15,810 nt of DNA from contig JBHGBC010000146.1 in the NCBI GenBank assembly GCA_041946805.1, positions 1 through 15,810 on the forward strand, read 5' to 3'. The notes below the pieces were generated by a model that was not told the DNA's origin, searched no databases, and saw only the letters and a list, made by a program, of their open reading frames with translations. Source of the DNA: a bacterium. Its GTDB lineage: Bacteria; Hinthialibacterota; Hinthialibacteria; Hinthialibacterales; Hinthialibacteraceae. Shown here one piece after another: positions 15,082 to 15,810 of this stretch (its first letter is position 1; each line of letters starts with the position of its first letter). The translations under genes were made by a program, and so were the position numbers.

Positions 15082-15810
15082 TTATCCATTCTCCTTGCTC
15101 AGGGCCACATCCAGTACCGCGTCCATGTCGTTGACAAAGATCAGTTTCAGCTGATTCAGCACGTGCTTGGGGATATCCGGGATATCCTTGCGGTTGTCTT
15201 CGGGCATAATCACGCGGTGAATTTCAGCCCGGTGGGCGGCCAGCACTTTTTCCTTGATGCCGCCGACCGGCAGCACCCGGCCCCGCAGGGTGATCTCGCC
15301 GGTCATGGCCAGGTCATCCACCACGGGGCGGCCGGTGAGGGCTGAGATGAGGGCGGTGGCCAGGGTGATCCCGGCCGAAGGTCCGTCCTTGGGAATCGCC
15401 CCTTCCGGGACATGAACATGGATATCGAAGCGTTTGTAGAAATCGCGGACCAGGTTGAACCGTCGCGCCCGGGTGCGGATGTAACTCAGCGCCGCCTTGG
15501 CCGATTCCTGCATCACTTCGCCCAGTTGGCCGGTCAGGGTCAGCTGCCCCCCGCCCTCCATGATCGTCACCTCGGTGACCAGAATCTCCCCGCCGGTCGA
15601 GGTGACCGCCAGGCCGGTGGCGCAGCCAATGCCGTTTTCCCGGCCGATTTTGGGATCACGGAACCGTGGGATCCCCAAGAGGCCGTTCACCAGTTTGGGC
15701 GAGACCTTGATCTTACGGCCAAGGCGGCTGGACGCCGCCCGGCGGGCCAGTTTGCGGCAGATGGAGGCGATTTCCCGCTCCAGGTTGCGGACGCCGGCCT
15801 CGCGGGTGTA
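15082..15810 (-). CDS. lon: Lon protease (endopeptidase La), 5'-truncated by the window edge
   Basis: The frame is open to the window end: [20 protein letters not shown]..., then [32 protein letters not shown] (catalytic Ser) and [21 protein letters not shown] (catalytic Lys). Confidence 0.97.
   Translation of the reverse strand, partial: YTREAGVRNLEREIASICRKLARRAASSRLGRKIKVSPKLVNGLLGIPRFRDPKIGRENGIGCATGLAVTSTGGEILVTEVTIMEGGGQLTLTGQLGEVMQESAKAALSYIRTRARRFNLVRDFYKRFDIHVHVPEGAIPKDGPSAGITLATALISALTGRPVVDDLAMTGEITLRGRVLPVGGIKEKVLAAHRAEIHRVIMPEDNRKDIPDIPKHVLNQLKLIFVNDMDAVLDVALSKENG

Overview
GC-rich bacterial window from a diderm (it encodes LptD and an outer-membrane porin), containing 13 protein-coding genes. 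Left end, - strand: an ECF sigma factor translationally coupled to a zinc-binding anti-sigma that runs off the window edge, with an ECF-type promoter. Divergent from it is a sulfate uptake cluster: an Rrf2-family regulator, an OprO/OprP-family porin, sbp, cysT, cysW and cysA. It has a consensus sigma70 promoter and two copies of a CymR-box-like operator. Then come a Tat-exported Gfo/Idh/MocA oxidoreductase, an LptD with no cysteine in the mature chain, a GT-C membrane glycosyltransferase fused to an NPCBM domain, a class I SAM methyltransferase and the 3' part of lon. Most intergenic spaces carry mosaics of several short REP-like palindrome families; no transposase, CRISPR or RNA gene is visible. 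The most interesting signal is that both the regulator (ends MYYI) and the sulfate ABC ATPase (ends DYVI) carry C-terminal tails resembling known CysK (O-acetylserine sulfhydrylase)-docking peptides. This suggests an untested two-level, CysK-mediated control of sulfate uptake.
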